The notes: generated by a model from the sequence alone, not told the origin. Shown: positions 1-8,898, numbered from the stretch's first letter. The stretch: 64,000 nucleotides of DNA from a virus (IMGVR_UViG_2811995254_000001:1-64000), one strand, 5' to 3'. Numbers and translations: made by a program.

Positions 1-402
1 ATGTTTAATGCTCGTGTTTTAAAAGAAGAAGATTACCTAGAATTAGTTTCTTGGTGGACTTGGTGGAGATTCCCCTCTCCTTTGCAGGAACTATTGCCTA
101 ACAATGGAACATGCAGAATTATGCTTTCAAAAGAAGGTATTAATATCAGTGCAGGATTCATATACCATACTAATTCAAAAATGTGTTGGATTGAGTTTGT
201 TGTGTCGAATCCAGACTACCGCGAATCAGACAGAAAAGAAGCATTATTAGCTTTAATAAATGAACTTGGAGAAATAGCTAAAAGCCAAGGTTACAAAGTA
301 GCTTATACCAATCTTAAAAACGCTTCTTTAATCAATCACTTTTCAGATTGTCAATATGTTAAAGGTTCTGTCCAAACAATAGAGATTGTTAAGATATTGT
401 AA
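1..402 (+). CDS. GNAT-like phage protein (copy of prophage gene 41174-41575)
   Basis: 133-aa ORF nearly identical to 41174-41575; GNAT-like pattern (WIEFVVSNPDYR...A...Gy). Confidence 0.75.
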   Translation: MFNARVLKEEDYLELVSWWTWWRFPSPLQELLPNNGTCRIMLSKEGINISAGFIYHTNSKMCWIEFVVSNPDYRESDRKEALLALINELGEIAKSQGYKVAYTNLKNASLINHFSDCQYVKGSVQTIEIVKIL

Positions 403-408
403 TAAAAA

Positions 409-432
409 ACCCCTTTTACAAATAAAAGGGGT
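409..432. terminator. Intrinsic terminator between convergent genes
   Basis: ACCCCTTTTA-caaa-TAAAAGGGGT hairpin. Confidence 0.7.
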
Positions 433-438
433 AAGGGG

Positions 439-1098
439 TTATAGAAAAATAATTTCTTGTATCTCTAAAGTAGGGTTAGCACTAGAAGGAAGCTGTAAAA
501 AAGTTTCTCTAATATTAAAGGATTGACTTACTGAAATGTCATGGTATGTATGGATATGATCTAGACCTTTTGCTATTAAATAATCTACTCCATTAGTTGG
601 TGTAGATCCTTGATTGGCAACTTTAAATCCTCTGAACATAGCACGTGGGCCAAGTGAACTAGGTAGTTGAGGAACTTCATTACATTTAACTGTTTTATAT
701 GAAGACACAGGGTACTGATATGTAGGAATACTCCACTGAACATCAGAAGTAGGTAAATAAGGAAACAATGGTGGTAGAGGACCACCACCAGGATGCAGCG
801 GCTCTGGATTACGTATCATTGTATATTTACTTGATGGAGCAGGACAATAATTAAATTCATTTATATCAGTAGGATGAAAATTACTAAATGTAATAAATTC
901 ACCAGGTTTTAATTGAATATAATGACCGACAACAACATGAAGATATCGTCCTGGGTTTATAGTTGGGTCAGAAAATGTCATCTCTAGTGCATAAAGATTT
1001 TTAATAACAGTAGAAGAATTTCGTATAGTTAATATTCTAGTTGCAAAACTTGTACTAGTGAATGCAAGAACAAATAATAGTGTTATAATTTTTTTCAT
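439..1098 (-). CDS. Secreted Pro-rich hypothetical protein (cargo, unit 1)
   Basis: Signal peptide MKKIITLLFVLAFTSTSFA; paralog of 2901-3539. Confidence 0.85.
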   Translation of the reverse strand: MKKIITLLFVLAFTSTSFATRILTIRNSSTVIKNLYALEMTFSDPTINPGRYLHVVVGHYIQLKPGEFITFSNFHPTDINEFNYCPAPSSKYTMIRNPEPLHPGGGPLPPLFPYLPTSDVQWSIPTYQYPVSSYKTVKCNEVPQLPSSLGPRAMFRGFKVANQGSTPTNGVDYLIAKGLDHIHTYHDISVSQSFNIRETFLQLPSSANPTLEIQEIIFL

Positions 1099-1103
1099 AG
1101 CTG

Positions 1104-1448
1104 TTAACTGTTTGTTATTTCTAAATATTTTGTTAATGCGTAGGTCATGATATCTTCTTGTGTGGTATATCCTCCCATGCTATACTCTCCTATAGAAAGT
1201 AAAAATGCCACAGCAGTATTAAAGCTTTCGGTAGAGTATAAAAATTGCTTGATATCAATTCTACCATGAATAAAGTCTATATAAAGTTTATCAAAGTCTT
1301 TGTATTCTGTACTCTGTCTTATACTAGAATTTGTATTCAATTCAGTTTTATTATGGCTATCATTTAGATTACCAATATTTTCAGGTTCATTACTACAACT
1401 AATAGTAAAAAACGCGCATCCTATGGCTAGGAATAAGATTTTTTTCAT
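1104..1448 (-). CDS. Lipoprotein (cargo, unit 1)
   Basis: Lipobox TISC-SNE; paralog of 3545-3889. Confidence 0.85.
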   Translation of the reverse strand: MKKILFLAIGCAFFTISCSNEPENIGNLNDSHNKTELNTNSSIRQSTEYKDFDKLYIDFIHGRIDIKQFLYSTESFNTAVAFLLSIGEYSMGGYTTQEDIMTYALTKYLEITNS

Positions 1449-1599
1449 AATAAATAATTTTAAAGTTGGTTTGTTAAATATAACAAATGTTAATTTAACT
1501 TAAAAAAAACAAATATAATAATTAACATTAAATACACTTTAACTATACTATATCAAAAAAATACCTAACAACTATTCTCACATTATATATTTCAGAAAT

Positions 1600-2025
1600 A
1601 AACAACCCCTAAAAGAAAGTTTTGAAGTAAGACAACATCAACCACCAAATGGTTTAAACCCTGATGAAATAGACAAATGGGATAATAATTATGATGACTT
1701 TTCGTATGATGAAGGGAAAAATAGAATAATGAAGTATTTTAAAGGAACATTTAAACCAACAAAAAGAATAATTAAACAAAAAGCATCTTTTTTTAAACAA
1801 CTAAATACAATTGAAGAGATATTTATTTCTGGGCATTCAATGTCGAAGGTAGATCTTCCTTATTTTAAGGAATTAGATAAACATATAAACACTCATGTTA
1901 AATGGACAGTGTCATATTATAATAATGAAGAATATAACAGACATGAAGAAACACTTAATAGTATGGGGATATCAAGTACTACTATAAATTTTGTTAAACT
2001 TGATTATTTAAAAATAAACAATTAA
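1600..2025 (+). pseudogene. 5'-truncated AbiH-like (SIR2-like) abortive infection gene fragment
   Basis: GHSMSKVDLPYFKEL...KWTVSYY motif; reading frame stays open upstream of the called ATG (1729) to about 1600. Confidence 0.65.
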
Positions 2026-2071
2026 GTTTATTTACACCTTAGATAAAAAACATTTGACAAGATAAATTCTT

Positions 2072-2355
2072 CTAATTTTTCCAAACCCAAAGCACTTTCA
2101 CTGTTTTGGGTTTTTCTTTTTTCATTCAGCTTTTCAATAATTTATGCCTTAATCAAATCGCTTTTAGAAGCTTCTTTTGGATTATATAATTCAACTGGTA
2201 ATCTACTCTCCCGACAGCATTTCGCGCATTTCTTAGCAAATTTGACATGCTTTTGCAGTCATAGTATAAAGATGCTCATTTTTATTTTCATCTTTAGCAG
2301 CACCCGATATATATCCCATTCGAATTAAGCGATCTACGTTCTAATAGGTATATTG
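2072..2355 (-). pseudogene. 3' fragment of a homolog of prophage gene 15311-15889
   Basis: CCCAAAGCACTTTCACTGTTTTGGG and TTAATCAAATCGCTTTTAGAAGCTTCTTTTG shared with 15325-15597. Confidence 0.9.
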
Positions 2356-2357
2356 TA

Positions 2358-2467
2358 GATGGAGGAGAAATATATCGTATTATACAGATATAGAAATAAT
2401 AAATAATGATGATAAGCCAATTGAATTATTTGCTATTAACTCCAATATCGTAAAAAGTTATGTTTAA
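2358..2467 (+). pseudogene. 3' fragment of a homolog of prophage tail gene 40462-41181
   Basis: GATGGAGGAGAAATA...GAATTATTTGCTATTAA...AAAAAGTTATGTTTAA matches 41071-41181. Confidence 0.9.
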
Positions 2468-2861
2468 TGCTCGTGTTTTAAAAGAAGAAGATTACCTAGA
2501 ATTAGTTTCTTGGTGGACTTGGTGGAGATTCTCCCCTTCTTTGCAGGAACTATTGCCTAACAATGGAACCTGTGGAATTATGCTCTCAAAAGAAGGTATT
2601 ACTATCTGTACAAGATTCATATATTATACTAATTCAAAAATGTATTGGATTGAGTTTGTTGTGTCGAATCCAAACTATCGCGAATCGGATAGAAAAGAAG
2701 CTTTAGTTTCGCTTATCAATGAACTTGGAGAAATAGCAAAAGTACAAGATTACAAAGTACCTTATACTAATCTAAAAAATACTTCTTTAATCAATCACTT
2801 TTCAGATTGTCAATATATTAAAGGCTCAACACATACTACAGAAATGATTAAAGTGCTATAA
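2460..2861 (+). CDS. GNAT-like phage protein, copy 2
   Basis: Full-length 133-aa copy. Confidence 0.7.
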   Translation: MFNARVLKEEDYLELVSWWTWWRFSPSLQELLPNNGTCGIMLSKEGITICTRFIYYTNSKMYWIEFVVSNPNYRESDRKEALVSLINELGEIAKVQDYKVPYTNLKNTSLINHFSDCQYIKGSTHTTEMIKVL

Positions 2862-2862
2862 T

Positions 2863-2897
2863 AAAAAAACCTTTCTAAAGTTTAGAAAGGTTTTTTT
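2863..2897. terminator. Bidirectional intrinsic terminator
   Basis: AAAAAAACCTTTCTAAA-g-TTTAGAAAGGTTTTTTT palindrome. Confidence 0.8.
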
Positions 2898-2900
2898 ACA

Positions 2901-3539
2901 TTATTGAAATATAATTTCATGTGATTCTACAATTCCGGGGTTAGGAAGACTTGGCATTCTAAAATATTTTTCTTTGATATTATGTGGTGTATGTACATAA
3001 CCATCAATAAATACAGGTTCAAAATAATCTATTGCGTGAATATTGCCGTTAACGGGGTCTTTTTCACAAATTTTAAATCCTCTAAATTCTAATCGATTAC
3101 CCAATGTTGCAGGTAGTGGTGGTACAACGTCACAATTCTCTGAAATATATGGATTGTAATCTTCATCAGGATTGTATGGATCATATATATAATTTATCCA
3201 TCTAAACGCATAAGTATCAGGAGGGATGATAGGAATAGGAGGGTCTGGATATTCAGAATGAATAACTTTATGAGTACTATCTGAAGATGGACAGAATTCA
3301 AAACCATTTATGCCAGATTGAATATAACTAAACGTAATAAAATCTCCAGGCTCTAATACAATATAGTCTAATATCGACCTATATGTATGGTAGATTGTTG
3401 TTTGGACTGAATCGTATTGCATCTCTAATGCAAAAAAATATTTAGTTTCGTTAGATAGATTTCTTATTGTTAAAACTCTACCTGCAAAAGTTGTGGTAGT
3501 GAATGCTAAAAGGAATATAAGTAGTGTTATTTTTTTCAT
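2901..3539 (-). CDS. Secreted hypothetical protein (cargo, unit 2)
   Basis: Signal peptide; shares LTIRN, LEM, PG.FITFS, FRGFK and EIIF blocks with 439-1098. Confidence 0.85.
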   Translation of the reverse strand: MKKITLLIFLLAFTTTTFAGRVLTIRNLSNETKYFFALEMQYDSVQTTIYHTYRSILDYIVLEPGDFITFSYIQSGINGFEFCPSSDSTHKVIHSEYPDPPIPIIPPDTYAFRWINYIYDPYNPDEDYNPYISENCDVVPPLPATLGNRLEFRGFKICEKDPVNGNIHAIDYFEPVFIDGYVHTPHNIKEKYFRMPSLPNPGIVESHEIIFQ

Positions 3540-3544
3540 AGCGA

Positions 3545-3889
3545 TTAACTGTTTTTGATTTCGAAATATTTTGTCAAAGCATAGGCCATAATTTCTTCTT
3601 GAGTTGTATATCCACCGAAACTGTATTCACCAATAGACAGCAAAAAAGTTACAGCAATATCAAAGCTATCATTAGAATACAAAAACTGCTTAATATCAAT
3701 TATCTCATAAATATAGTCCATATAGAGTTTATCGATTGCCTTATATTCATCGCTCTCTTTTATAACTGAATAATCAGCTAACTCAGTTTTATTATGGCTA
3801 TCATTTAGATTACCAATGTTTTCTGGTTCATTACTGCAACTAACAGTCAAAAACGCACATCCTATAGCTAGGAAGAAGATTTTTTTCAT
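3545..3889 (-). CDS. Lipoprotein (cargo, unit 2)
   Basis: Lipobox TVSC-SNE. Confidence 0.85.
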   Translation of the reverse strand: MKKIFFLAIGCAFLTVSCSNEPENIGNLNDSHNKTELADYSVIKESDEYKAIDKLYMDYIYEIIDIKQFLYSNDSFDIAVTFLLSIGEYSFGGYTTQEEIMAYALTKYFEIKNS

Positions 3890-4044
3890 AATATATAATT
3901 TAAAAATTGGTTAGTCTAAATATACATAATGTTAATTTAACGTAAATAAACAAATAGAACTAATTAACATTTAATACACTTTAACTATACTATATCAAAA
4001 AAACATACTTAACAAATGCTCTCGCACTACATATCTCAGAAATA

Positions 4045-4468
4045 AACAACCCCCAAAGAAAGTTTTGAAGTAAGACGACATCAACCACCAAATGGTTTAA
4101 ATCCTGATGAAATAGACAAATGATATAATAATTATGATGACTTTTCATATGATGAAGGGCAAAATAGAATAATGAAGTATTTTAAAGGAACATTTAAACC
4201 ACCAAAAAGAATAATTAAACAAAAAGCATCTTTTTTTAAACAACTAAATACAATTGAAGAGATATTTATTTTTGGACATTCACTGTCAAAAGCAGATCTT
4301 CCTTATTTTAAGGAATTAGATAAACATATAAACACTCATGTTAAATGGACAGTGTCATATTATAATAATGAAGAATATAACAGACATGAAGAAACACTTA
4401 ATAGTATGGGAATATCAAGTACTGCTATAAATTTTGTTAAACTTGATAATTTAAAAATAAACAATTAA
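4045..4468 (+). pseudogene. AbiH-like fragment, copy 2
   Basis: GHSLSKADLPYF motif; in-frame TGA upstream at ~4121. Confidence 0.6.
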
Positions 4469-4514
4469 GTTTATTTACACCTTAGATAAAAAACATTTGA
4501 CAAGATGAATTCTT

Positions 4515-4907
4515 CTAATTTTTCCAAACCCAAAGCACTTTCACTGTTTTGGGTTTTTCTTTTTTATTCAGCTTTTCAATAATTTATGCCTTAATCAAAT
4601 CGCTTTTAGAAGCTTCTTTTGGATTATATAATTCAACTGGTAATCTACTCTCCCGACAGCATTTCGCGCATTTCTTAGCAAATTTGACATGCTTTTGCAG
4701 TCATGGTATAAAGATGCTCATTTTTATTTTCAACTTTAGCTGCACGCGATATATATCCCATTCGAATTAAACAATCCACGTTCTAATAGGTATATCGTAG
4801 ATAGAGGAGAAATATATGGTATTATACAGATAGAAACGATAAATAATGATGATAAGCAAGTTGAATTATTTGCTATTAACTCCAATATCATAAAAAGTTA
4901 TGTTTAA
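4515..4907. pseudogene. Second copy of the fused 15311-15889 / 40462-41181 gene fragments
   Basis: Matches 2072-2467. Confidence 0.85.
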
Positions 4908-5300
4908 TGCTCGTGTTTTAAAAGAAGAAGATTACCTAGAATTAGTTTCTTGGTGGACTTGGTGGAAATTCCCCCTCCTTTGCAGGAACTATTGCCTAAC
5001 AATTGAATCTGCGGAATTATGCTTTCAAAAGAAGGTATTAATATCTGTGCGGGATTCATATACTATACTAATTCAAAAATGTGTTGGATAGAGTTTGTTG
5101 TGTCAAATCCAAACTATCGCGAATCGGATAGAAAAGAAGCTTTAGTTTCGCTTATCAATAAACTTGGAGAAATAGCTAAAAGCCAAGGTTACAAAGTAGC
5201 TTATACTAATCTTAAAAACGCATCTTTAATCAATCACTTTTCAAATTGTCAATATATTAAAGGCTCAACACATACTACCGAAATGATTAAGATATTATAA
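4900..5300 (+). pseudogene. GNAT-like gene copy 3, frameshifted
   Basis: 1-nt loss near 4971-4978 plus GGA>TGA at ~5005; split into ORFs 4900-5091 and 5019-5300. Confidence 0.85.
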
Positions 5301-5301
5301 T

Positions 5302-5336
5302 AAAAATATCAGAGTTTAACTACTCTGATATTTTTT
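5302..5336. terminator. Bidirectional intrinsic terminator
   Basis: AAAAATATCAGAGT...ACTCTGATATTTTTT. Confidence 0.8.
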
Positions 5337-5358
5337 GATATTTGTAGTGATAATATAT

Positions 5359-5709
5359 CTAATTATCTGAAGGTATGGATGGTTCTATTATAAGGCAGTT
5401 TGATATATTTGAAATATTATATCCATGTAATGACATGTATCCGTTGCCATTCTGATCAATATCTGTTGGATATAATTGATACAACTCCTGAGATCTTTGG
5501 TAAGCCCCTGCTTCTGTATATCTACCATATTCAACATAGCTTGTTGTATACTTTGTAGGATTGTTATTTATCCATTGAGTTCTATGAACTTCAAATTTAT
5601 AACAAGCTTTTATTGGCTGAATAATTTGATCATCTTTAATAATTTCGCCTGAATTAGCAAATGTTCCTAATGACATCGTCAATGCTAATCCTAATAATAA
5701 TTTCTTCAT
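5359..5709 (-). CDS. Small secreted protein (cargo, unit 3)
   Basis: Signal peptide MKKLLLGLALTMSLGTFA, shared start with 41620-41946; two Cys. Confidence 0.85.
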   Translation of the reverse strand: MKKLLLGLALTMSLGTFANSGEIIKDDQIIQPIKACYKFEVHRTQWINNNPTKYTTSYVEYGRYTEAGAYQRSQELYQLYPTDIDQNGNGYMSLHGYNISNISNCLIIEPSIPSDN

Positions 5710-6279
5710 AATAAATAATTTTAAAATTGGTTAGTCTAAATATACGTAATGTTAATTTAACCTAAATATACAAGCGGAACTAATTAACATTTAATACACT
5801 TTAACTACACTATATCTAAAAAAACATACCTAACAACTACTCTCATACTACATATCTAATTTAACTAGATAGAACATCCAAATCTAAAACAATTCAATAT
5901 AGTCCATAAAGCCTTTATGCGGCATTATTACAGCTATACTACATACTACACTATTATAATGACAGTAGGGCCGATACCTCTACTGGGTCTTTTCATTCTA
6001 AAATCAAATACTTTAGAATGATGTATAGGGGAGTTAGAGATAAAGCATTCTTTCTCTTTAGATTGACTAAACTTTTTACCTAAGAAAATATAAATGCAAT
6101 AGGGTGTATAGGATGCGACCCTTCTCCTTCCTTCGTCAGGATGACAAAAATGGAAGAGATTTTTTTATTCTTCAGGACATACGAATCGGAAAAGCTTACT
6201 TAAAAAAAACACTCTTTTTTATGCTATCCCCAAGTTTTGTACTTGATCCGAAATCTACAATTTGGCTTAATTGTATAAA

Positions 6280-6307
6280 AAAACCCTACACAAATGTGTA
6301 GGGTTTT
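6280..6307 (-). terminator. Terminator downstream of the tRNA 3' remnant
   Basis: AAAACCCTACAC-aaat-GTGTAGGGTTTT. Confidence 0.8.
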
Positions 6308-6314
6308 CTTTTTT

Positions 6315-6331
6315 GTGACGATGACAGGATT
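6315..6331 (-). other. Putative prophage att site (tRNA 3'-end duplicate, possibly tRNA-Arg)
   Basis: Reverse complement AATCCTGTCATCGTCAC resembles the 3' half of a T arm plus acceptor end; followed by a terminator; phage genes start immediately to the right. Confidence 0.6.
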
Positions 6332-6477
6332 ACTTTTAATTTAATTAATCAAGTCATAACCAATATATTACAAGTAAAAAAGCTTCACTTTGCACGACTG
6401 TTGCACAACAAAGATAAAGCTTATTTTATGGTATTTTACGTTGATTAACTACAATAAACAAAATACAATTCATTTAT

Positions 6478-6690
6478 TTACTTGTTTTGCAAAATTAAAT
6501 TCATCTGCAAAGCTTCCAAAAACAACTCCAAAGTATCTAAGGAAAAAGCTCTTTTCCCATTTTCATAGTTTGATATTTGAGCTCTCTTGGCAGGATCTCC
6601 CCAAACAAGTATCGCGAGTTCCTCCATCGTGAGACCAAGTTCAATCCTACGAGCTTTTAATTTTTGAGCTATTTCTTCTTTTAACGACAT
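6478..6690 (-). CDS. XRE-family HTH regulator
   Basis: LKARRIELGLTMEELA...ISNYENGKR; start MSLKEE preferred. Confidence 0.85.
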   Translation of the reverse strand: MSLKEEIAQKLKARRIELGLTMEELAILVWGDPAKRAQISNYENGKRAFSLDTLELFLEALQMNLILQNK

Positions 6691-6799
6691 AATTTCTATA
6701 ATTTTGTAGTTGCAAATTTTTAATAGGGTTAAAAAAATGCAGACATATTTTCCCGTTGGTGTGTGGTAACCCAACGGGATTTTTTTTTATTAAGTAAAA

Positions 6800-7186
6800 C
6801 TAAAGATTAATTTCTAATTCTTTTCCTGTAAGGGCGAAATAAAGGTTTTGGAGTTGGTGGAGGTAATGTACTTCTATTTTACCCAGTCCTATAATAACTA
6901 ATACACTACACTTTTCAGTTACATCGAAAACAGTTGATTTGAAAAATATTCCATTGTGATGATATTCTGCAAAAGCATCGTCATCCTGTGTTCTAATAAT
7001 GAACCCACATTGCAGCAACCTTTCTTCTGTCAGTTCGATTGGTTTTATATTATTCCAATCAACAACACCTATCCCAAATTCTCCAGTATTAAGTGTTGGA
7101 AAAACTTCTGCAATTGTGTCTATTTGAAAAAATCTATTATCATATTCTATCCAGTTACCTATACGTACTTCATTTGCTTGTATCAT
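6800..7186 (-). CDS. Hypothetical phage protein
   Basis: C-terminal YLHQLQNLYFALTGKEL, typical of Bacteroidetes phage proteins. Confidence 0.8.
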   Translation of the reverse strand: MIQANEVRIGNWIEYDNRFFQIDTIAEVFPTLNTGEFGIGVVDWNNIKPIELTEERLLQCGFIIRTQDDDAFAEYHHNGIFFKSTVFDVTEKCSVLVIIGLGKIEVHYLHQLQNLYFALTGKELEINL

Positions 7187-7332
7187 ACTTCAAAATTTAA
7201 ATCATCCATAAATTCAAAGTGCACGTCTCCGTTAGGGAAAATCACTTTCATTTCTTCTTGTCCGTACAAATCCCTTGTTTCATCTGTTAGCTGTACTATC
7301 TCTCCGGTTGGAATGTATATTGCTGTTTTCAT
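7183..7332 (-). CDS. Small hypothetical protein (49 aa, not in ORF track)
   Basis: MKTAIYIPTGEIVQLTDE...LNFEV; overlaps both neighbours' start/stop codons. Confidence 0.65.
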   Translation of the reverse strand: MKTAIYIPTGEIVQLTDETRDLYGQEEMKVIFPNGDVHFEFMDDLNFEV

Positions 7333-7754
7333 TAGTATAGTGGTTTTTTATGTTTTACAATAGGTTTGTAATGTGTTATCACTCCACAAGACCATCCTTT
7401 TGCTAGAGATTCACGTGGCATTTGATATTCTTCTCTAGGGATTCCTTTTTCACATACCATATAACTCCCGCCATTATCTATTGGCAAATCATCTTTGCTT
7501 TCAATACGAATCCAACCGTTATTATCTTCAATACCTTGTAATGATTTTGGTCTGATTTTATAGAACCATTCATCAAAGTGATAGCATTCGAATTTACTAT
7601 CGTATTTAGGGTTTGAAACTTCTTCTATGTCTATATCAGACATATCCGTAATTATCCACCCATCATTTTTTAGACAGTGTTCTCTATTTTTATCTCCTAT
7701 ACAATTAAAATGTATTCCCCACGCTTCTTTAATTACTTGTTCTTTTGTTTTCAT
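7332..7754 (-). CDS. Hypothetical phage protein
   Basis: RPKSLQGIEDNNGWIRIES motif. Confidence 0.8.
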   Translation of the reverse strand: MKTKEQVIKEAWGIHFNCIGDKNREHCLKNDGWIITDMSDIDIEEVSNPKYDSKFECYHFDEWFYKIRPKSLQGIEDNNGWIRIESKDDLPIDNGGSYMVCEKGIPREEYQMPRESLAKGWSCGVITHYKPIVKHKKPLY

Positions 7755-7887
7755 AATAAATAGAGCAGTTTAACGACGTGCCCAGGTGCTTTAATAGGGT
7801 TAAAAAAATATTCTTGATACTTGGAAAGTGAAGTAAACTAGTGCGAATACTATCAATTGATAGCTTAGTCGCTTGCTGTGTTTAGTA

Positions 7888-8115
7888 TTACTCATTGCCT
7901 AGATAGATTTTGTTTCCTTCAATCTCTTCAATGATTACTTTGTTTCCTGCTGAGGGAAGTCCCCCCGGATCATCATTCCAAATGAACATGTAGTATTGTT
8001 CATTGGCTTGTTCTAATTTTTCGATTTGCTTAGTTATACTATGGAAAGTAAAAACAGCTGATACAGTAAGTACCAAGCACACCCCCGCAAGGGCAAGGAT
8101 AAGATTGTATTTCAT
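7888..8115 (-). CDS. Small membrane-anchored protein
   Basis: N-terminal hydrophobic helix. Confidence 0.7.
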   Translation of the reverse strand: MKYNLILALAGVCLVLTVSAVFTFHSITKQIEKLEQANEQYYMFIWNDDPGGLPSAGNKVIIEEIEGNKIYLGNE

Positions 8116-8174
8116 TTTTTAATAGGGTTTAAAGAAAGCCCTTACGTTGTGGTAAATTGTAAGGACTTATTTTT

Positions 8175-8354
8175 TTAGTAATTAAGTAAGTTGTATATGA
8201 TTTTGGGAAGCTCCCAATCTGTGACGTCTATCCATGTGTGAAATAGTTTGCCTTGCTTAGTGTATTCTTCTTTAGCTAGAAGCCTGTTGTTTTTCACTTT
8301 AGTTTCTATTCCGTGGCTTTCTATTATTTCTTGTATATCAATTCTTTTTTTCAT
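8175..8354 (-). CDS. Small hypothetical protein (59 aa, not in ORF track)
   Basis: MKKRIDIQEIIESHGIETK...LLNY, preceded by the AACCCTATTA motif. Confidence 0.65.
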   Translation of the reverse strand: MKKRIDIQEIIESHGIETKVKNNRLLAKEEYTKQGKLFHTWIDVTDWELPKIIYNLLNY

Positions 8355-8550
8355 GAGATTATTATTTTAATAGGGTTATTTAATATTTGTGGTAACGGCT
8401 TGCATAGTGGTAATTATCAAGCCTGATTCGCTTAGTTATAATTTAAGAACTACAACCAAGACTCAAGAGAGAGAGCAGACAGTAAGTCAAAGAACACCCC
8501 TAGGGGGGAATCAAAAAAAAGAAGTATTACTTCCTTTCTTTTATGTTATA

Positions 8551-8558
8551 CAAATGTA
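8551..8558 (-). promoter_or_regulatory. Bacteroidetes -7 promoter element for the leftward small-gene operon
   Basis: TACATTTG on the minus strand matches TAnnTTTG. Confidence 0.5.
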
Positions 8559-8898
8559 TAACAACTATTTTATATAAAAAAGCATTAATTAAAAAGTTTT
8601 GATACGTAATTTCTATAGTAAAACACAATGCAATAGATAATCGTTATAGTTATTGATTTCCCTTTGTTTTAAAGGCTTTAATTAAAGTTTACGCATACAA
8701 TGTTAGAAGAGGATAAATAATTGAACTGTGGTAAAATTTAATAGGTAATGAATCGTATTGACATGAATGAAGGGTGATGAAAAAACAAACACAAACGCGC
8801 TGTCGTGTAGATCTCTTTTATTGTTTACATACATTAAAGAATAAATACACACAATTCTGTATCTTAGCACGGAGAAAAAGTACATAAATCTGTATATT

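Larger units (their letters stand above)
1..5860. repeat. Tandem array of phage-derived cassettes, period ~2.45 kb (unit starts 1, 2460, 4900)
   Basis: ATGTTTAATGCTCGTGTTTTAAAAGAAGAAGATTACC recurs at 1, 2460, 4900 and 41174; 1449-2459 closely matches 3890-4899. Confidence 0.95.

Noticed and set aside
1729-2025. Intact AbiH defence gene
   Set aside because: Only the C-terminal part is present; the called ATG is internal and copy 2 has an upstream stop.
4549-4770. 73-aa + strand ORF
   Set aside because: Antisense shadow of the decayed 15311-15889 homolog fragment.
1-5860. Array as an integron or diversity-generating retroelement
   Set aside because: No integrase, attC-like sites or reverse transcriptase in the window; differences between units are not adenine-specific.
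6112-6150. CCTTCCTTCGTCAGGATGACA, REP-like host repeat
   Set aside because: Single degenerate copy; cannot be supported from this window alone.
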